A DNA stretch of 64,000 bases from an uncultured Parcubacteria group bacterium (GCA_903944135.1 CAJAQL010000016.1:1903-65902), one strand, 5' to 3'. Shown: positions 10,913-23,927, numbered from the stretch's first letter. The notes: generated by a model not told the origin, from the letters alone. Translations and numbers: made by a program.

Positions 10913-10995
10913 AAGATGCTTATCAGAAAAAGATTACTCGATATTGCGATATTTTTCAATATGAGATCCCTCAATATCGGAGCTGAACTCCGACG

Positions 10996-13128
<2,133 letters not shown>

Positions 13129-13241
13129 TCATCCAGCGCCGCGTTGCGCCCATCCAAAATGCCACATCGGGACGAAGGAAGGACACGGAACCCCCTGCCT
13201 TTCTGGGTCCAAATTCTGGTTCGATAATACGGCACAACATC

Positions 13242-13661
13242 CTATGGCAACGTTCCGGTGGCATTTCCGAAAGTCGCAAGGAAAGCGCGACGCGTACCTC
13301 CCGATGAACCTATCGAGATCGCATAGGCGGACGTTGTTGCAACGCAAGAGGGCGTTTCCGCATTTGAAGCATCATAGCACGTTGCCGTAAGCGCCGCGCC
13401 ATCCGAAAGCGCTCCAGGAGGATCGCCCGGCAATGGAACATTCTGCTGTTTAATCTGGCTATAAAGAGCCCATTCCGTTCCCGCATCGGCCGCAAAGATC
13501 GCCTGCGCCGAATGTCCGAAATCCGTAGTCTGCCGTATCTGATACAGCATCAAAAGCCCCGCGATCGTCGTTGCCCCGAGCATCGTCGCGCCAAGCGTAA
13601 GTACGGCCAAAAGCATCGCCTGACCGCTCCGATCTGTATTTTTTCGAGAACCGATATTCAT
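13242..13661 (-). CDS. PilX-like minor pilin / pilus assembly protein (PilX N-terminal-like hydrophobic segment)
   Basis: N-terminus RSGQAMLLAVLTLGATMLGATTIAGL resembles the PilX_N segment. The rest is an Ala/Thr/Ser-rich extracellular-looking domain with 2 Cys. Confidence 0.45.
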   Translation of the reverse strand: MNIGSRKNTDRSGQAMLLAVLTLGATMLGATTIAGLLMLYQIRQTTDFGHSAQAIFAADAGTEWALYSQIKQQNVPLPGDPPGALSDGAALTATCYDASNAETPSCVATTSAYAISIGSSGGTRRAFLATFGNATGTLP

Positions 13662-13677
13662 GATTGATCCAAAGAAA

Positions 13678-14463
13678 TTAATATTCTACCGGCACACTCT
13701 CAAATTTCTGCTTTGTTACGATCAGATGGTCCAAGACCCCGATGCCGATCATCTTCCCCGCCGCGACGATCTGCCGCGTGATCGCAATATCTGCATCGGA
13801 GGGCGTCGCAACGCCTGACGGATGATTATGAATAAGGATCACCGCGGAAGCCGAGTATTCAAGCGCCGGGCGAAAAACCTCCCGCGGATGGATGATATTC
13901 GACGTCAATGTTCCGAGTGAAATAACCTCGTCATGGATCACCTGATATCGGGCATCAAGATAAAGTCCGCGCAAACATTCTTTCGGAAGATTTCTCATAT
14001 CCTTTGCATATTCAAAAACCTGGCTTGCCGTCCTAAGCTCAACAAGTTTCTGTGTCGCCGGCGACTCAAAAAATCGCCTCCCCAGCTCGAAACATGCAAC
14101 GATTTGGCATGCCTTTGCGAGCGGGATACCGAATAAAGCTTCGATCTTTTTGGGATTTTTTTCATGAACAATATCCGCACCGCCATATTCCTTCATGAGT
14201 CGCTGAGACATAGCCAAGATACCCTCTTTCTTGGTGCCAACACCAAGCACAATGGCAAGGAGCTCGCCAACGGAAAGATGAGATGAACCATATTTCACCA
14301 ACTTCTCGCGCGGCTTATCTTCCTGCGGAAGATCTTTTATTCTCAACACATAATACTTTTCAGGATTATCGAGTACGAGATCTCCGTCCATTTGTGAATA
14401 AATCATAGAAATTTTCTCCTGAGGGATAGTGTACATTATATTTATTATAGCACGATTGCCCAA
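13678..14463 (-). CDS. radC: RadC-family JAB/MPN domain protein
   Basis: C-terminal JAMM-like motif ILIHNHPSGVATPSDADIAIT and an N-terminal HhH-like region. The true start may be an internal Met (MIYSQ...). Confidence 0.85.
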   Translation of the reverse strand: MGNRAIINIMYTIPQEKISMIYSQMDGDLVLDNPEKYYVLRIKDLPQEDKPREKLVKYGSSHLSVGELLAIVLGVGTKKEGILAMSQRLMKEYGGADIVHEKNPKKIEALFGIPLAKACQIVACFELGRRFFESPATQKLVELRTASQVFEYAKDMRNLPKECLRGLYLDARYQVIHDEVISLGTLTSNIIHPREVFRPALEYSASAVILIHNHPSGVATPSDADIAITRQIVAAGKMIGIGVLDHLIVTKQKFESVPVEY

Positions 14464-14528
14464 ATTTCAGATCAAAGATTCAGGACGTAGAAATCAAGAA
14501 AATCATTCCTGAATCTTTTTAGGCGCGC

Positions 14529-16646
14529 TCACGGTTCACCGGTAGAAAGCGGCAAACGGACGGTAAAACAACTTCCTTTACCGCGCTGGCTTTCCACGGC
14601 AATCGTCCCGCGGTACCCTTCGACGATCTGGCGGCATAGATACAATCCGATGCCCGTTCCCGTAAAATCACTCTCGCCGATCCGATAAAAACGCTCAAAA
14701 ATGTGAGGTAGGTTTTCCCGCGAGATGCCCGAACCAGTATCGCAAACGGTAATTTCTGCTTCGCCTTCAACCATGCACGCCGCAAGCACGATCGATCCGC
14801 CAGCAGGCGTATGTCGCAATGCGTTGCTCAAAAGATTTAAGACCACCTCCATCAATTTATCACGCTCTCCCGACACTAACATTGACTCGCTTGAAACATG
14901 GAGATGGATGCCTTTGTCCTCGGCGAGAAGCGCACAATCATCTCGCGCATCAAAAAGCAGATCTTTCACGGCGACATATTGATGACATTGCCCCTCATGC
15001 AATGAGCTCGTCCTCGCAACATCCAAAATATTTCCGACCAAACGGGAAAGCCTATCAAGCGTCGTGTCCATGACATACCACGCCTTTTTCTGCTCAGCAT
15101 CCCTGCTGGCCGCAAACACACTGGCATGCATCTTAAGAATAGCAAGCGGTGTCTTGAACTCATGGGAGACATCGGCCAGGAATTTTGATTGCGATTCGTA
15201 CATATTTTTCAGCCGCTTGATCCGATCCGTAACGCGCTCCTCGAACTTTTCGGTCTGTTGATCCATCAACTCGCGCAGCTCGAAATTCTCAATGGCAATC
15301 CCGGCTCGACGGGTCACAATACCGAGCAGTTCGACATCATCCTTGCTCAGCAGTGCCCCAGAGCATTTATGCCCAACCATCATAATCATCTTTATGTTCC
15401 CCCGGGCGGAGATTGGAACGATAGCAGCAACGCCAAGTCGGGCGGCACATTTCTTGATCTCTTCATAGGCACCCTTCTCATCAGAAACGCCATGATTCAC
15501 ACGAAAGAGACGCATGGCATCCGAAACGACGATATCCCGCGGTGACCGATCAAGGAAAAGTGCGGCGAGAGCGCCATAATCAGCGACGGCGACGGCTGGT
15601 CTTGCGAGTCCCGAAATAAATGTCGTTTCTTTTGAATTTTCCGTCACGGCAAAGAACACCGTTTCGGTCGGCCGGATACTCGCATGAAGAAATCCGGCAA
15701 TTGCAGCAAGGAGCGTTTTTCGATCAAAAGACGTATTCAATCGTTCGCCAAATTCTCTGGTAGCATCGAGAAAACGGCAGGAATTTCTGAAAAATATTTT
15801 ATCGGTGACTTTATTGAAAAAATCGCGCAATGGGCAAAAAGCGATTGCACCGACGACCGAAGCGGCAATATCGACCACTTCATCGTTCTGATAGAAAAAT
15901 TTTTCAATGCCAAATTCTATACTGAAAAAAATGACCGCAACCATGACGAGAGACAGAAAATATGGAATTCCTCTTCGCAGGACAAGACCACCATTCCCGA
16001 CATCGTAGTACGCGATGCCATAACCACCGATCACAAGGACGACGAGGGCGACAAAATTGCTGACAGTTGAAAAACGATAGATACCGAAATCGGGCAGTAT
16101 CAAGTCGGAAACGCATATCACCGAGGCACTGAACGATACTACAAAGATCAAACTTCGCACAACATGAAATGGCAACCCAAATCTATTTTCATGATAACGC
16201 GCACATGAAAGAAAACTAATAATGAGATAGAGGGCGACAAAAATAGCAAGAATTGGAAAAATGTCATGATAGTGCCGCCAAAAAAATGAATCCGGGTTTG
16301 TCCAAAACGACGACGCAACGAGCAATACCGGTATCGAGATAAAAAGGATAAACCACGATACAAGCGGCAGGACGGACCATGATTGGAGTTTCCCGTCAGG
16401 AGAAACGCCCGCTAAAGAAAAAATCCCCAGTATCATCAGATCGAATCCCCACCAAACAAAAAGAAACACCAAGAAATTTTTATCTTCCTGAAAAAATAGT
16501 TTTGCCGACGCCGAGAGCGCGACGCCCGCAGTAAAAATAAAAAACGATTGATACGCAACGTTCCTTGGCTCATGGCGGAGTGTAAAAGCCCCAAAAATGA
16601 GAGCCGTAAGCGCGATAACAGTATTTACCACCATAAAAACCGGCAT
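14529..16646 (-). CDS. Sensor histidine kinase with a large polytopic N-terminal membrane domain
   Basis: About 10 predicted TM helices, then H-box DVSHEFKTPLAILKMHASV and HATPase_c G-boxes DTGSGISRENLPHIFERFYR...GTGIGLYLCRQIVEGYRGTI. Confidence 0.85.
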   Translation of the reverse strand: MPVFMVVNTVIALTALIFGAFTLRHEPRNVAYQSFFIFTAGVALSASAKLFFQEDKNFLVFLFVWWGFDLMILGIFSLAGVSPDGKLQSWSVLPLVSWFILFISIPVLLVASSFWTNPDSFFWRHYHDIFPILAIFVALYLIISFLSCARYHENRFGLPFHVVRSLIFVVSFSASVICVSDLILPDFGIYRFSTVSNFVALVVLVIGGYGIAYYDVGNGGLVLRRGIPYFLSLVMVAVIFFSIEFGIEKFFYQNDEVVDIAASVVGAIAFCPLRDFFNKVTDKIFFRNSCRFLDATREFGERLNTSFDRKTLLAAIAGFLHASIRPTETVFFAVTENSKETTFISGLARPAVAVADYGALAALFLDRSPRDIVVSDAMRLFRVNHGVSDEKGAYEEIKKCAARLGVAAIVPISARGNIKMIMMVGHKCSGALLSKDDVELLGIVTRRAGIAIENFELRELMDQQTEKFEERVTDRIKRLKNMYESQSKFLADVSHEFKTPLAILKMHASVFAASRDAEQKKAWYVMDTTLDRLSRLVGNILDVARTSSLHEGQCHQYVAVKDLLFDARDDCALLAEDKGIHLHVSSESMLVSGERDKLMEVVLNLLSNALRHTPAGGSIVLAACMVEGEAEITVCDTGSGISRENLPHIFERFYRIGESDFTGTGIGLYLCRQIVEGYRGTIAVESQRGKGSCFTVRLPLSTGEP

Positions 16647-16658
16647 GTGATTTTATTG

Positions 16659-17327
16659 TCAGACCTCTATTTTATAGCCGTAACCATGCACCGTTTTGAT
16701 AAGCTTGATATTATGGCCCTCATCGATCTTTTGACGCAGAAAGCGAATATGAACATCAACCGTATTGGTAAATGGATCAGCATTCATGTCCCACACATGC
16801 TCAAGGATCATGCCGCGCGTTAAGGTTGTTCCAGCATGTCGCATCATATACTCGAGCAGCGAAAACTCCTTCCGGTTCAAACGAATGTTCTTCTTTCCGC
16901 GCTGGACCGTATGACTCGCAACATCAAGAACAAGATCAGCTATGCGCAGAATCGGATTGATCGTCCGGTGTTCGCGTCGCAAAAGTGCCCGCATGCGCGC
17001 GAGAAGTTCCGCCATGAAGAACGGCTTCGAGAGATAGTCATCGGCGCCGGCATTCAATGCGCCGACTTTCGTGATGGCATCACTCGTGACGGACAGCATA
17101 ATAATGGGAAATTCCTTCTTCCGTTCACGAAGCGCGCGGCAAACATCGATACCGCTCATACCCGGAAGCTTCACGTCAAAAACACCGACATCATAATCGT
17201 TCACTTTGGCCCATCCAAGTCCTTCCTCTCCAGTGCTCGTCCAATCCACGGCAAACCGTTCGGCGCGCAAACCGCGTATGATAAATTCCGCAATCTCCCG
17301 CTCGTCTTCAATGAGAAGAATACGCAT
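16659..17327 (-). CDS. OmpR-family response regulator (receiver plus winged-helix DNA-binding domain)
   Basis: MRILLIEDEREIAEF...D...DVKLPGMSGID receiver and a C-terminal trans_reg_C domain (GYGYKIE). The ORF-track start at 17345 is GTG; the ATG at 17327 is preferred. Confidence 0.88.
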   Translation of the reverse strand: MRILLIEDEREIAEFIIRGLRAERFAVDWTSTGEEGLGWAKVNDYDVGVFDVKLPGMSGIDVCRALRERKKEFPIIMLSVTSDAITKVGALNAGADDYLSKPFFMAELLARMRALLRREHRTINPILRIADLVLDVASHTVQRGKKNIRLNRKEFSLLEYMMRHAGTTLTRGMILEHVWDMNADPFTNTVDVHIRFLRQKIDEGHNIKLIKTVHGYGYKIEV

Positions 17328-17404
17328 ACCATTAAGTATGCACACCGAAGATTAAAAAAATCTAAAATTTTTTCGGCCTAAAATGCTTGATTTTACTGGA
17401 TTTT

Positions 17405-17460
17405 TGAAAAAGAGATACGAAGTACGAATAAATTATTCGTATCTCATACTTCGTGTCTCA
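17405..17460 (-). terminator. Long imperfect hairpin plus a T-run downstream of ftsX on the minus strand. It may also be an operator upstream of the RR-HK operon
   Basis: The minus strand reads GAGACACGAAGTATGAGATACGAATAAtTTATTCGTACTTCGTATCTC followed by TTTTTC. It contains the perfect palindrome TACGAATAAATTATTCGTA. Confidence 0.45.
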
Positions 17461-17476
17461 TATCTCAAATTTTAAG

Positions 17477-18385
17477 CTAATTCTTCAAATACCTTCTGAC
17501 TGCAACGAAGCTCGAAGCAGCGCCGAGGACAATGCCAAAGAATAAAATATAGAAGAAAAGCGCAACGATATGGGACAGGAAATACTGGAACAGATCCATG
17601 CCCGGGATAAAGATGTTCAGATAGGGATTTATGGCAAAAAGAATGGGCGCGGAAATAATGAGTGAAAGCAATGCCGCGATCGCGCCGCAGAGAGTTCCCT
17701 CGACGACGAAGGGACCGCGGACCAGCGCGTTGGAAGCACCCACGACGCGCATCACGCCGATCTCTTCACGGCTGGAATATATCGCGAGCCGGATGGTGTT
17801 GAAAACGACCAATCCCGCGAGAAGCGCGAACACGATCATAACGATGACGCCGCCGACCTCGACGGTCTTCACGATCTTCGCCAACCGATCGATCACGCTC
17901 TGGTTTTGGGTGTAGCTCACAGAATCAACATACTGCGAAAGGTCGCTTGAGTTCAGGTAATCGGCGATTGCGCCGTACTGGCTCGGGTTTTTCGCCTTGA
18001 TATTGAGCGACGCCTCGAGCGGATTCGTATCGAGCTCGTTCACCGCCTGCGTGATCGTCGTATCGCCGGCATGGTTCTGCTTGAAGATCGCGAGCGCCTG
18101 ATCGCGGGAGATATAATCCACGCTCTGCACCTGCGACAGGCCTTCAAGCGATTGCTGAATGCTCAATATCTCATCTTCCGACGTGTTGGTATTGAAATAA
18201 ACGCTGATATCGATCTTATCCTCGATGGACGCGGCGGCACGGCTCGTCACGACCCCGAAGAAAATGAGCCACGAAAAAACGAGGAGCGCGAGCGTCATGA
18301 TCATGACCGTGACCGTCGTGAGCCAGCCGTTCCGCCAGAAATTCTTGAAACCGAAATGGAAAATGCGCGAGATGATGGTGAACAT
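17477..18385 (-). CDS. ftsX: Cell division permease FtsX
   Basis: 302 aa with four TM helices and a large periplasmic loop. The FtsE gene is adjacent, a 4 nt gap upstream on the minus strand. Confidence 0.88.
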   Translation of the reverse strand: MFTIISRIFHFGFKNFWRNGWLTTVTVMIMTLALLVFSWLIFFGVVTSRAAASIEDKIDISVYFNTNTSEDEILSIQQSLEGLSQVQSVDYISRDQALAIFKQNHAGDTTITQAVNELDTNPLEASLNIKAKNPSQYGAIADYLNSSDLSQYVDSVSYTQNQSVIDRLAKIVKTVEVGGVIVMIVFALLAGLVVFNTIRLAIYSSREEIGVMRVVGASNALVRGPFVVEGTLCGAIAALLSLIISAPILFAINPYLNIFIPGMDLFQYFLSHIVALFFYILFFGIVLGAASSFVAVRRYLKN

Positions 18386-18388
18386 GGT

Positions 18389-19075
18389 TTATACAAGTAT
18401 ATATTTTCCTTTTTTCTCATCACGGACGATCCTGCCGCGATCAAGCGTTATCACGCGGCGCTCCAGGCTATTGATAACCTCTTTATCGTGCGTCGCCAAG
18501 AGTACCGTCGTGCCGAGCTCGTTGATCTTTTCAAGTAGCTTCACGATCTCGAACGTATGGAACGGATCGAGATTGCCGGTCGGCTCATCGGCGATCACGA
18601 CCTCCGGACGATGGATCATCGCGCGCGCGATCGCCACGCGCTGGCGCTCGCCGCCGGAAAGCTCGTTCGGAAAATTCTTCATTTTGTCGGCGAGTCCGAC
18701 CATGTCGAGCACCTGCGGCACAAGTTCCTCGATTTCGCGCTGGGGGCGACCCGCCACCTCAAGAGCGAACGCCACGTTTTCATAGGCGCTTTTCGTCGGC
18801 AAGAGCCGGAAATCCTGAAAAACGACGCCGATATGCCGACGGAATGCCGGAAGTTCCTTGTCGTGCAATTTGTTCACTTCATACTGGCCGAAAAAAACAC
18901 GTCCCTTGGTGGGTTTGTCCTCGCCGATCAAGAGCTTGATAATGGTGGACTTCCCTGCGCCGGATCTCCCTGCAAGCGAAACGAATTCGCCGGGGTCAAC
19001 TTCAAACGTCACATCCTCAAGTGCCGTCTGGTCGCCGCTATTGAATTTTTTAGAGACTCCTTGAAAAACGATCAT
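18389..19075 (-). CDS. ftsE: Cell division ATP-binding protein FtsE
   Basis: ABC ATPase with Walker A GRSGAGKST, signature LSGGERQRVAIARA and Walker B VVIADEPTGNLD. 228 aa. Confidence 0.9.
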   Translation of the reverse strand: MIVFQGVSKKFNSGDQTALEDVTFEVDPGEFVSLAGRSGAGKSTIIKLLIGEDKPTKGRVFFGQYEVNKLHDKELPAFRRHIGVVFQDFRLLPTKSAYENVAFALEVAGRPQREIEELVPQVLDMVGLADKMKNFPNELSGGERQRVAIARAMIHRPEVVIADEPTGNLDPFHTFEIVKLLEKINELGTTVLLATHDKEVINSLERRVITLDRGRIVRDEKKGKYILV

Positions 19076-19261
19076 GGATAATAAGTCTATACGAAAGGCA
19101 AATAAAAAAGAAAGTCCGCTTTCTTGTTTTTAGGATACCTCATCGAGATATTTTCAACAAGGTGGCGGATGGATCGCGAATATAGTTGGAAAAAAACGGA
19201 TTTCTCGCTAGAATAGGAACATCGCACGCAATGGTAAAGCAATTTGCTTCTTTGTTATTAT

Positions 19262-19335
<74 letters not shown>

Positions 19336-19493
19336 CTTTGTAAGGGACACCGAGTGAACCGCGGGTTCGCTTCCGCGAGCGTCCACGCCGCGAAGCCCCT
19401 CTTTTACTTTTTAAAAAATAGGCCTAAACTGCAGGTAGTTTTTGAATTTAAAAACTGAACCGGCACCTCACCAACATCTGAAAGGGGCCTCCC

Positions 19494-20912
19494 ATGGCAA
19501 AGGCATTCATTATCGACGAAACGCCGTCTGCCAGCGATTCGAAGATGCTACTTCACTTCGCTGATAACGTAGTCGTCATCCTCCCGCATATCATCGATAG
19601 GCTGGAGGCGAAACCATACGGGCGCGAAACGCTCGATATCCTCGCCGAGCTGGGCACCAAAGGCAATCTGAAAAAAGGGGTTGCCACGCCCGATGGAGGC
19701 GTCATCATCGTGGATGACCACGCTTACACGCCCCCGAACTCATCTCTTCGGCCGACCACGAGCGACTACATGATCGTATGCACCGCGGCAAGATGGCAAA
19801 ATCTCATCCGGCAAAAGCAGTCCAAGAAGCAGAAGGCTCCAGGAAAATTGGAACCCGATGCCGCCGAAACCATCATCAAGCGATTCTCCGTTACGGAAGT
19901 TCGTGTCGTTTCGAAGAGATCCAGCCTTCGGGCAAAAGCTTCCGTGCACGGCATCCTCGCAGATGACTACCGCCACAACAAAGTGGTACGGAGCGCCAGC
20001 GAGATCTACTCCGGCGTGATCACCATCCCGGTGAGCCAAGGGAGCTTCCAGGAATTCGCCCGCCTGCTCTGTCAGAGCGGTCCCGCAGGGATTTCCAGGG
20101 ATTCTCTTGATGGGCTCATCGCCACGCCGAGCCTTTTCCCGAACGAGTGCTGCATTTTCGCGTGCGGGGAAAAAACGGTTCTTGCGATCCACAAGGTTAA
20201 CGCCGATGGAACATCGCGTTTCGTCAACGTCCAGAAACCACAACCGCCGCAACCCGGCTGCGGAATTCAACCCCGCAATATCGAACAGGCATTCGAACTG
20301 GCCTTGTTGCGTGATCCCTCCATCACGTGCGTCACACTTTCGGGAGCGGCAGGAACCGGAAAAACGCTTCTCCCGTGCTATGTCGGCCTTGAACTATGTG
20401 CGACAGATCAATACTCTCAACTCTTGGTCTACCGCCCGAACGTGGAACTTGGCCGGACGCTCGGATTTCTCCCGGGGACTCTGGAAGAAAAGGTGGACCC
20501 GTTGACGCAACCCATCAAGGATGCATTGAAGGCGATCCAGAAGAGCTCCGCATCGGGAGACAAGAAGAAGCCGAAATACGATGTCTCTGCCCTACTCAAA
20601 TCCGGCAAGATCAGCATCGAAACCATCAATTACCTTCAGGGACGCACCCTGCAGGATGAATACGTTCTGGTGGATGAGGCCGAGAACCTCACCCCGGAAG
20701 AAGCCAAGGCGGCCATTACGCGCGCCGGAGAAGGAGCGAAGTTCATCCTTGCCGGTGACGTCACGCAAGTGGCAACCGATTCATTGGACGCAGGCAACAA
20801 TGGCCTGACCCATGTTATCGAGGGCATGTGCGGTGACGAAGCGTTCGGACACATCACGCTTAACGAGTCCGTGCGTTCGCATCTTGCGAAAGTCGCGGGA
20901 GAACGGCTCTAA
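19494..20912 (+). CDS. PhoH2-type protein: an N-terminal PIN-like domain fused to a PhoH-family P-loop ATPase
   Basis: N-terminal ~130 aa with acidic residues in PIN-like positions (IIDE..., VVDDH). C-terminal Walker A LSGAAGTGKT, Walker B VLVDEAENL and a PhoH-like AGDVTQV. SD AAAGGGG sits upstream of the ATG. Confidence 0.8.
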   Translation: MAKAFIIDETPSASDSKMLLHFADNVVVILPHIIDRLEAKPYGRETLDILAELGTKGNLKKGVATPDGGVIIVDDHAYTPPNSSLRPTTSDYMIVCTAARWQNLIRQKQSKKQKAPGKLEPDAAETIIKRFSVTEVRVVSKRSSLRAKASVHGILADDYRHNKVVRSASEIYSGVITIPVSQGSFQEFARLLCQSGPAGISRDSLDGLIATPSLFPNECCIFACGEKTVLAIHKVNADGTSRFVNVQKPQPPQPGCGIQPRNIEQAFELALLRDPSITCVTLSGAAGTGKTLLPCYVGLELCATDQYSQLLVYRPNVELGRTLGFLPGTLEEKVDPLTQPIKDALKAIQKSSASGDKKKPKYDVSALLKSGKISIETINYLQGRTLQDEYVLVDEAENLTPEEAKAAITRAGEGAKFILAGDVTQVATDSLDAGNNGLTHVIEGMCGDEAFGHITLNESVRSHLAKVAGERL

Positions 20913-20946
20913 CGATCCAGCCAGCTCCATCAGTTTTAATTTTTCA

Positions 20947-20979
20947 AAAGGGCCCCACGCCATGTGGGGCCCGTTTTTT
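20947..20979 (+). terminator. Rho-independent terminator after phoH2
   Basis: GGGCCCCAC-GCCAT-GTGGGGCCC followed by GTTTTTT. Confidence 0.75.
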
Positions 20980-21105
20980 ATAAAACAACTTCTTTCATGA
21001 TCGAGATCCCTGCGTGATCTTATCCGACAAAAAATGATCAAAAAATATTCATATCCCTCGTCCCTCAAAAATTCTCGGGGTAGATTTCGCCTGGAATAAA
21101 AAACC

Positions 21106-22197
21106 TCATATCATTCTCGAAACGAAGAAGATGGCAAGGCCTAATGCGACGAATACCGCAGAAATGATCCAGAAGCGCATCGTGATCTGGGATTCCGGCC
21201 AGCCAAGAGCTTCAAAATGATGATGGATCGGCGAAGAACGGAATACTTTCTTCCCATGACGCAGTTTTTTCGAAGTGATCTGGATGATGACCGACATTGA
21301 TTCGATGACCAGGATGACCGCGAAGAACGGCAAGAGAAGCGCCGTATTGGTAAGCATTGCCACGACGCCGATCGTGATACCGAGGGACATCGATCCCGTA
21401 TCCCCCATAAAGAACTTCGCCGGATAGATATTGTTCCAAAGAAACGCCAGGAGCGCCCCGATCATCGCACCGCAGAATGCGGCGAGATCGTATCGATGAA
21501 GCGAAAAGGAAACGGCCGTGAGCGCAAAAAATGCGAAGAGCGAAACGCCGCCCAACAATCCGTCGAGACCGTCGGTCTCGTTCGCGGAGAACGCCGAGGC
21601 AAAAACAATAAAAATGAATATGGGGATATACCAGATGCCGATCTGGACATTGCCGAAGAACGGAACATTCAGGACATCCCAGCCAAGACGAACATAGAAC
21701 CACCATGCTCCAACCAATGCGAGACCGACATACACCACCGATTTCCACCGTACCGTGAGACCGCCACCCGATGCGCCGCCGATATGGAGTACGCCAAGCC
21801 AATCATCGATAAAACCGAGGACCGCGGCGATCACGAGCGCCGTAAGCGGCAGATACGTTTCCGGACGGCTAATGAAGTTGAAGTAATGCCACATGCCGTC
21901 AAAAAAGATCCCCATGACGCCGAAGAACACGGCAAGGATCACGACTGTTCCCCAGATAATGACGCCAGCCGCCGTCGGGACGCCTTCCTTGTTCTTATGA
22001 AACTGATAAAAAATCGGCGCAACCGATGCCTCCCGCAGATGTTTCCCGAACCGATATTTTTTCAAAACCCGGAACCAGAGCGGCGCCAGGATCAACGCAA
22101 CAATGAACGAGATCATGGTAAGAACCATGACCCTGACGGCCTCCGAAATAATAGGATTCGTAAAATAGGTCATGACCGGAAATTTTTCGTGAACCAA
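21106..22197 (-). CDS. mraY: Phospho-N-acetylmuramoyl-pentapeptide transferase MraY
   Basis: Polytopic; motifs KEGVPTAAGV (GTPTMGG-like), DDxxG (IDDWLGV) and MGDTGSMSLG. 363 aa. Confidence 0.85.
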   Translation of the reverse strand: MVHEKFPVMTYFTNPIISEAVRVMVLTMISFIVALILAPLWFRVLKKYRFGKHLREASVAPIFYQFHKNKEGVPTAAGVIIWGTVVILAVFFGVMGIFFDGMWHYFNFISRPETYLPLTALVIAAVLGFIDDWLGVLHIGGASGGGLTVRWKSVVYVGLALVGAWWFYVRLGWDVLNVPFFGNVQIGIWYIPIFIFIVFASAFSANETDGLDGLLGGVSLFAFFALTAVSFSLHRYDLAAFCGAMIGALLAFLWNNIYPAKFFMGDTGSMSLGITIGVVAMLTNTALLLPFFAVILVIESMSVIIQITSKKLRHGKKVFRSSPIHHHFEALGWPESQITMRFWIISAVFVALGLAIFFVSRMI

Positions 22198-23258
22198 TCA
22201 TAGAGCGCCTCGGTATTCGTGAACCGTGCATTATCATCCGTACCGAGCACTACGACGACAACGGGATGACCGTTGTCGGAAAAAAGCGAAAGCAGATTCC
22301 CGTCCGCCTGATCGGTGTACCCCGTTTTCCCGCCGATGAAATCGGCCTCACCCGAAAATTCATTGATGTTCTTCACGACGACCTGTTTTCCTGAACTTAT
22401 CTCAGTAGCAGTAACCTGCGGCGTCCGAGTGATCTGGAGTATTTCCGGATAGCCGGTATATACCTTCTGCGCCAAGAGCACGAGATCGGCAGCGGTCGAT
22501 TGGCTCCCAACCGCAAGACCGGATGGATCTGCGTAGCTCGTATCATTCATCCCCCATGCCGCCGCGCGCCGGTTCATTTCCGTTATAAACTGATCCCTGC
22601 CATAAGCCCCCGCCAATGCCTCCGCAGCGACGTTCGATGACGGCAAAAGGAGAAAATGCAGAAGATCGAGAACGGTATACGTATCTCCGACACGAAGCGT
22701 TTTTTCGGAAGTATCGGCATCAAAGGCATCCTGGGTGATCGTTATCTTCTGCGCCAGGCTTAATTTATCAAGCACAATGGTTGCGGTCATAAGTTTGGTG
22801 ACCGAAGCAAGCGGCCAACGCTCCGTAGCGTTCTCGGACATAAAACGCGTCCCGGTCGTAAGATCGGCAACAAGACCCGCTTCCACGGCCAGATCCGGCG
22901 GTGCGGTGCCGCCGACACGTGAGAATGCAGAATCAGCGACGGGACCGGTCGGAACAACGGAGATGGCGCCGCCGTTCGCAACGGCAGACGACCCCGCGAA
23001 CGATCCTCCCGAAACCGCACCGACGTTCACATTGCCGGAATTTCCGGACAATTCGGATGATGAGGCGGATACATTGGAGACATCCTCAAGAGAAAGCGCC
23101 GGAAGCACGAATTGCGGAACCGTCGCAGATGACGGCGTATCGCTCGCGGAACTCCCCGTTGCTACGGCATAGAGATGCGGATATGCCGCGCGCGAAATGA
23201 GCGCGAGGATCACCACCGCGCCCACAAAGGCTATTTTCCCAAAATAGTTTTTCGCCAT
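22170..23258 (-). CDS. D-alanyl-D-alanine carboxypeptidase (S11 peptidase, PBP5/6-like)
   Basis: SxxK (ASVTKLM), SxN (PSSNVAA) and KTG (KTGYT) active-site motifs, with an N-terminal signal anchor. Confidence 0.8.
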   Translation of the reverse strand: MAKNYFGKIAFVGAVVILALISRAAYPHLYAVATGSSASDTPSSATVPQFVLPALSLEDVSNVSASSSELSGNSGNVNVGAVSGGSFAGSSAVANGGAISVVPTGPVADSAFSRVGGTAPPDLAVEAGLVADLTTGTRFMSENATERWPLASVTKLMTATIVLDKLSLAQKITITQDAFDADTSEKTLRVGDTYTVLDLLHFLLLPSSNVAAEALAGAYGRDQFITEMNRRAAAWGMNDTSYADPSGLAVGSQSTAADLVLLAQKVYTGYPEILQITRTPQVTATEISSGKQVVVKNINEFSGEADFIGGKTGYTDQADGNLLSLFSDNGHPVVVVVLGTDDNARFTNTEALYDWFTKNFRS

Positions 23259-23300
23259 GCTCTTGTTTTCTCCCGCGCGACCGAGTATCTATCCGCAAGA

Positions 23301-23927
23301 CTAAGGCTCCGGCGAAATGGTTCCGCCATCCGAACTTTCCGGCTCGGACGTCGGCGAGACAGGCGAAATGACCTGCTCCCTTTCCGCAGTAGCATCGAAC
23401 ACTTTCAACAGTTCCTGAAACTTCGAAAAGTCCGCAAGATCTTCTTTTTGTTGTATACCCAAATGCTTCATGGCGTCAAAGGTCAAACGATATAAAAATC
23501 CTGAAGCATGTTCCGGATCCTGAAACCGCTCGACGAGGCCGCGGATCATGAGGCTTCGAAGGATCACGGACGAATTCACGCCACGCAGATATTCGAGGCG
23601 GGGGCGGGAAATGGGGCCGAGATACGCGACGATCGAAAGCGTTTCAAGGCTCGCCGGAGAAAGATCTTCCGTGAGCTCTTCCTTCACGAAGCTTTCAAGA
23701 ATGGTGTTCCATTCCGGCTTCGTCGCAAGCTGGACTTTTTCACGATCGGAAATAAGCTGGAGACCCCGCACGGGATCTTCAAGGCGATTTTTTAATTCTT
23801 CCACGAGTTTTTCGGCTTCCTCTTTTTCGACCGCGAGAACCGACGCTATTTTTTTGTAGGTCACCGGCTCGCCGTGAATGAAAAGCAATGCTTCAAGTGC
23901 TGCGAGTTTTTTTTCAAGATCAGACAT
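23301..23927 (-). CDS. scpB: Segregation and condensation protein B
   Basis: ScpB winged-helix tandem (LEALLFIHGEPVTYKKIA...ISRPRLEYLRGVNSSVILRSLMIRGLV). 208 aa. Confidence 0.9.
   Translation of the reverse strand: MSDLEKKLAALEALLFIHGEPVTYKKIASVLAVEKEEAEKLVEELKNRLEDPVRGLQLISDREKVQLATKPEWNTILESFVKEELTEDLSPASLETLSIVAYLGPISRPRLEYLRGVNSSVILRSLMIRGLVERFQDPEHASGFLYRLTFDAMKHLGIQQKEDLADFSKFQELLKVFDATAEREQVISPVSPTSEPESSDGGTISPEP

Noticed and set aside
21212-22203. ORFs 21212..21802 (minus), 21496..22203 (plus) and 21995..22237 (minus).
   Set aside because: All lie inside or overlap mraY in other frames, with Arg/His-rich nonsense composition.
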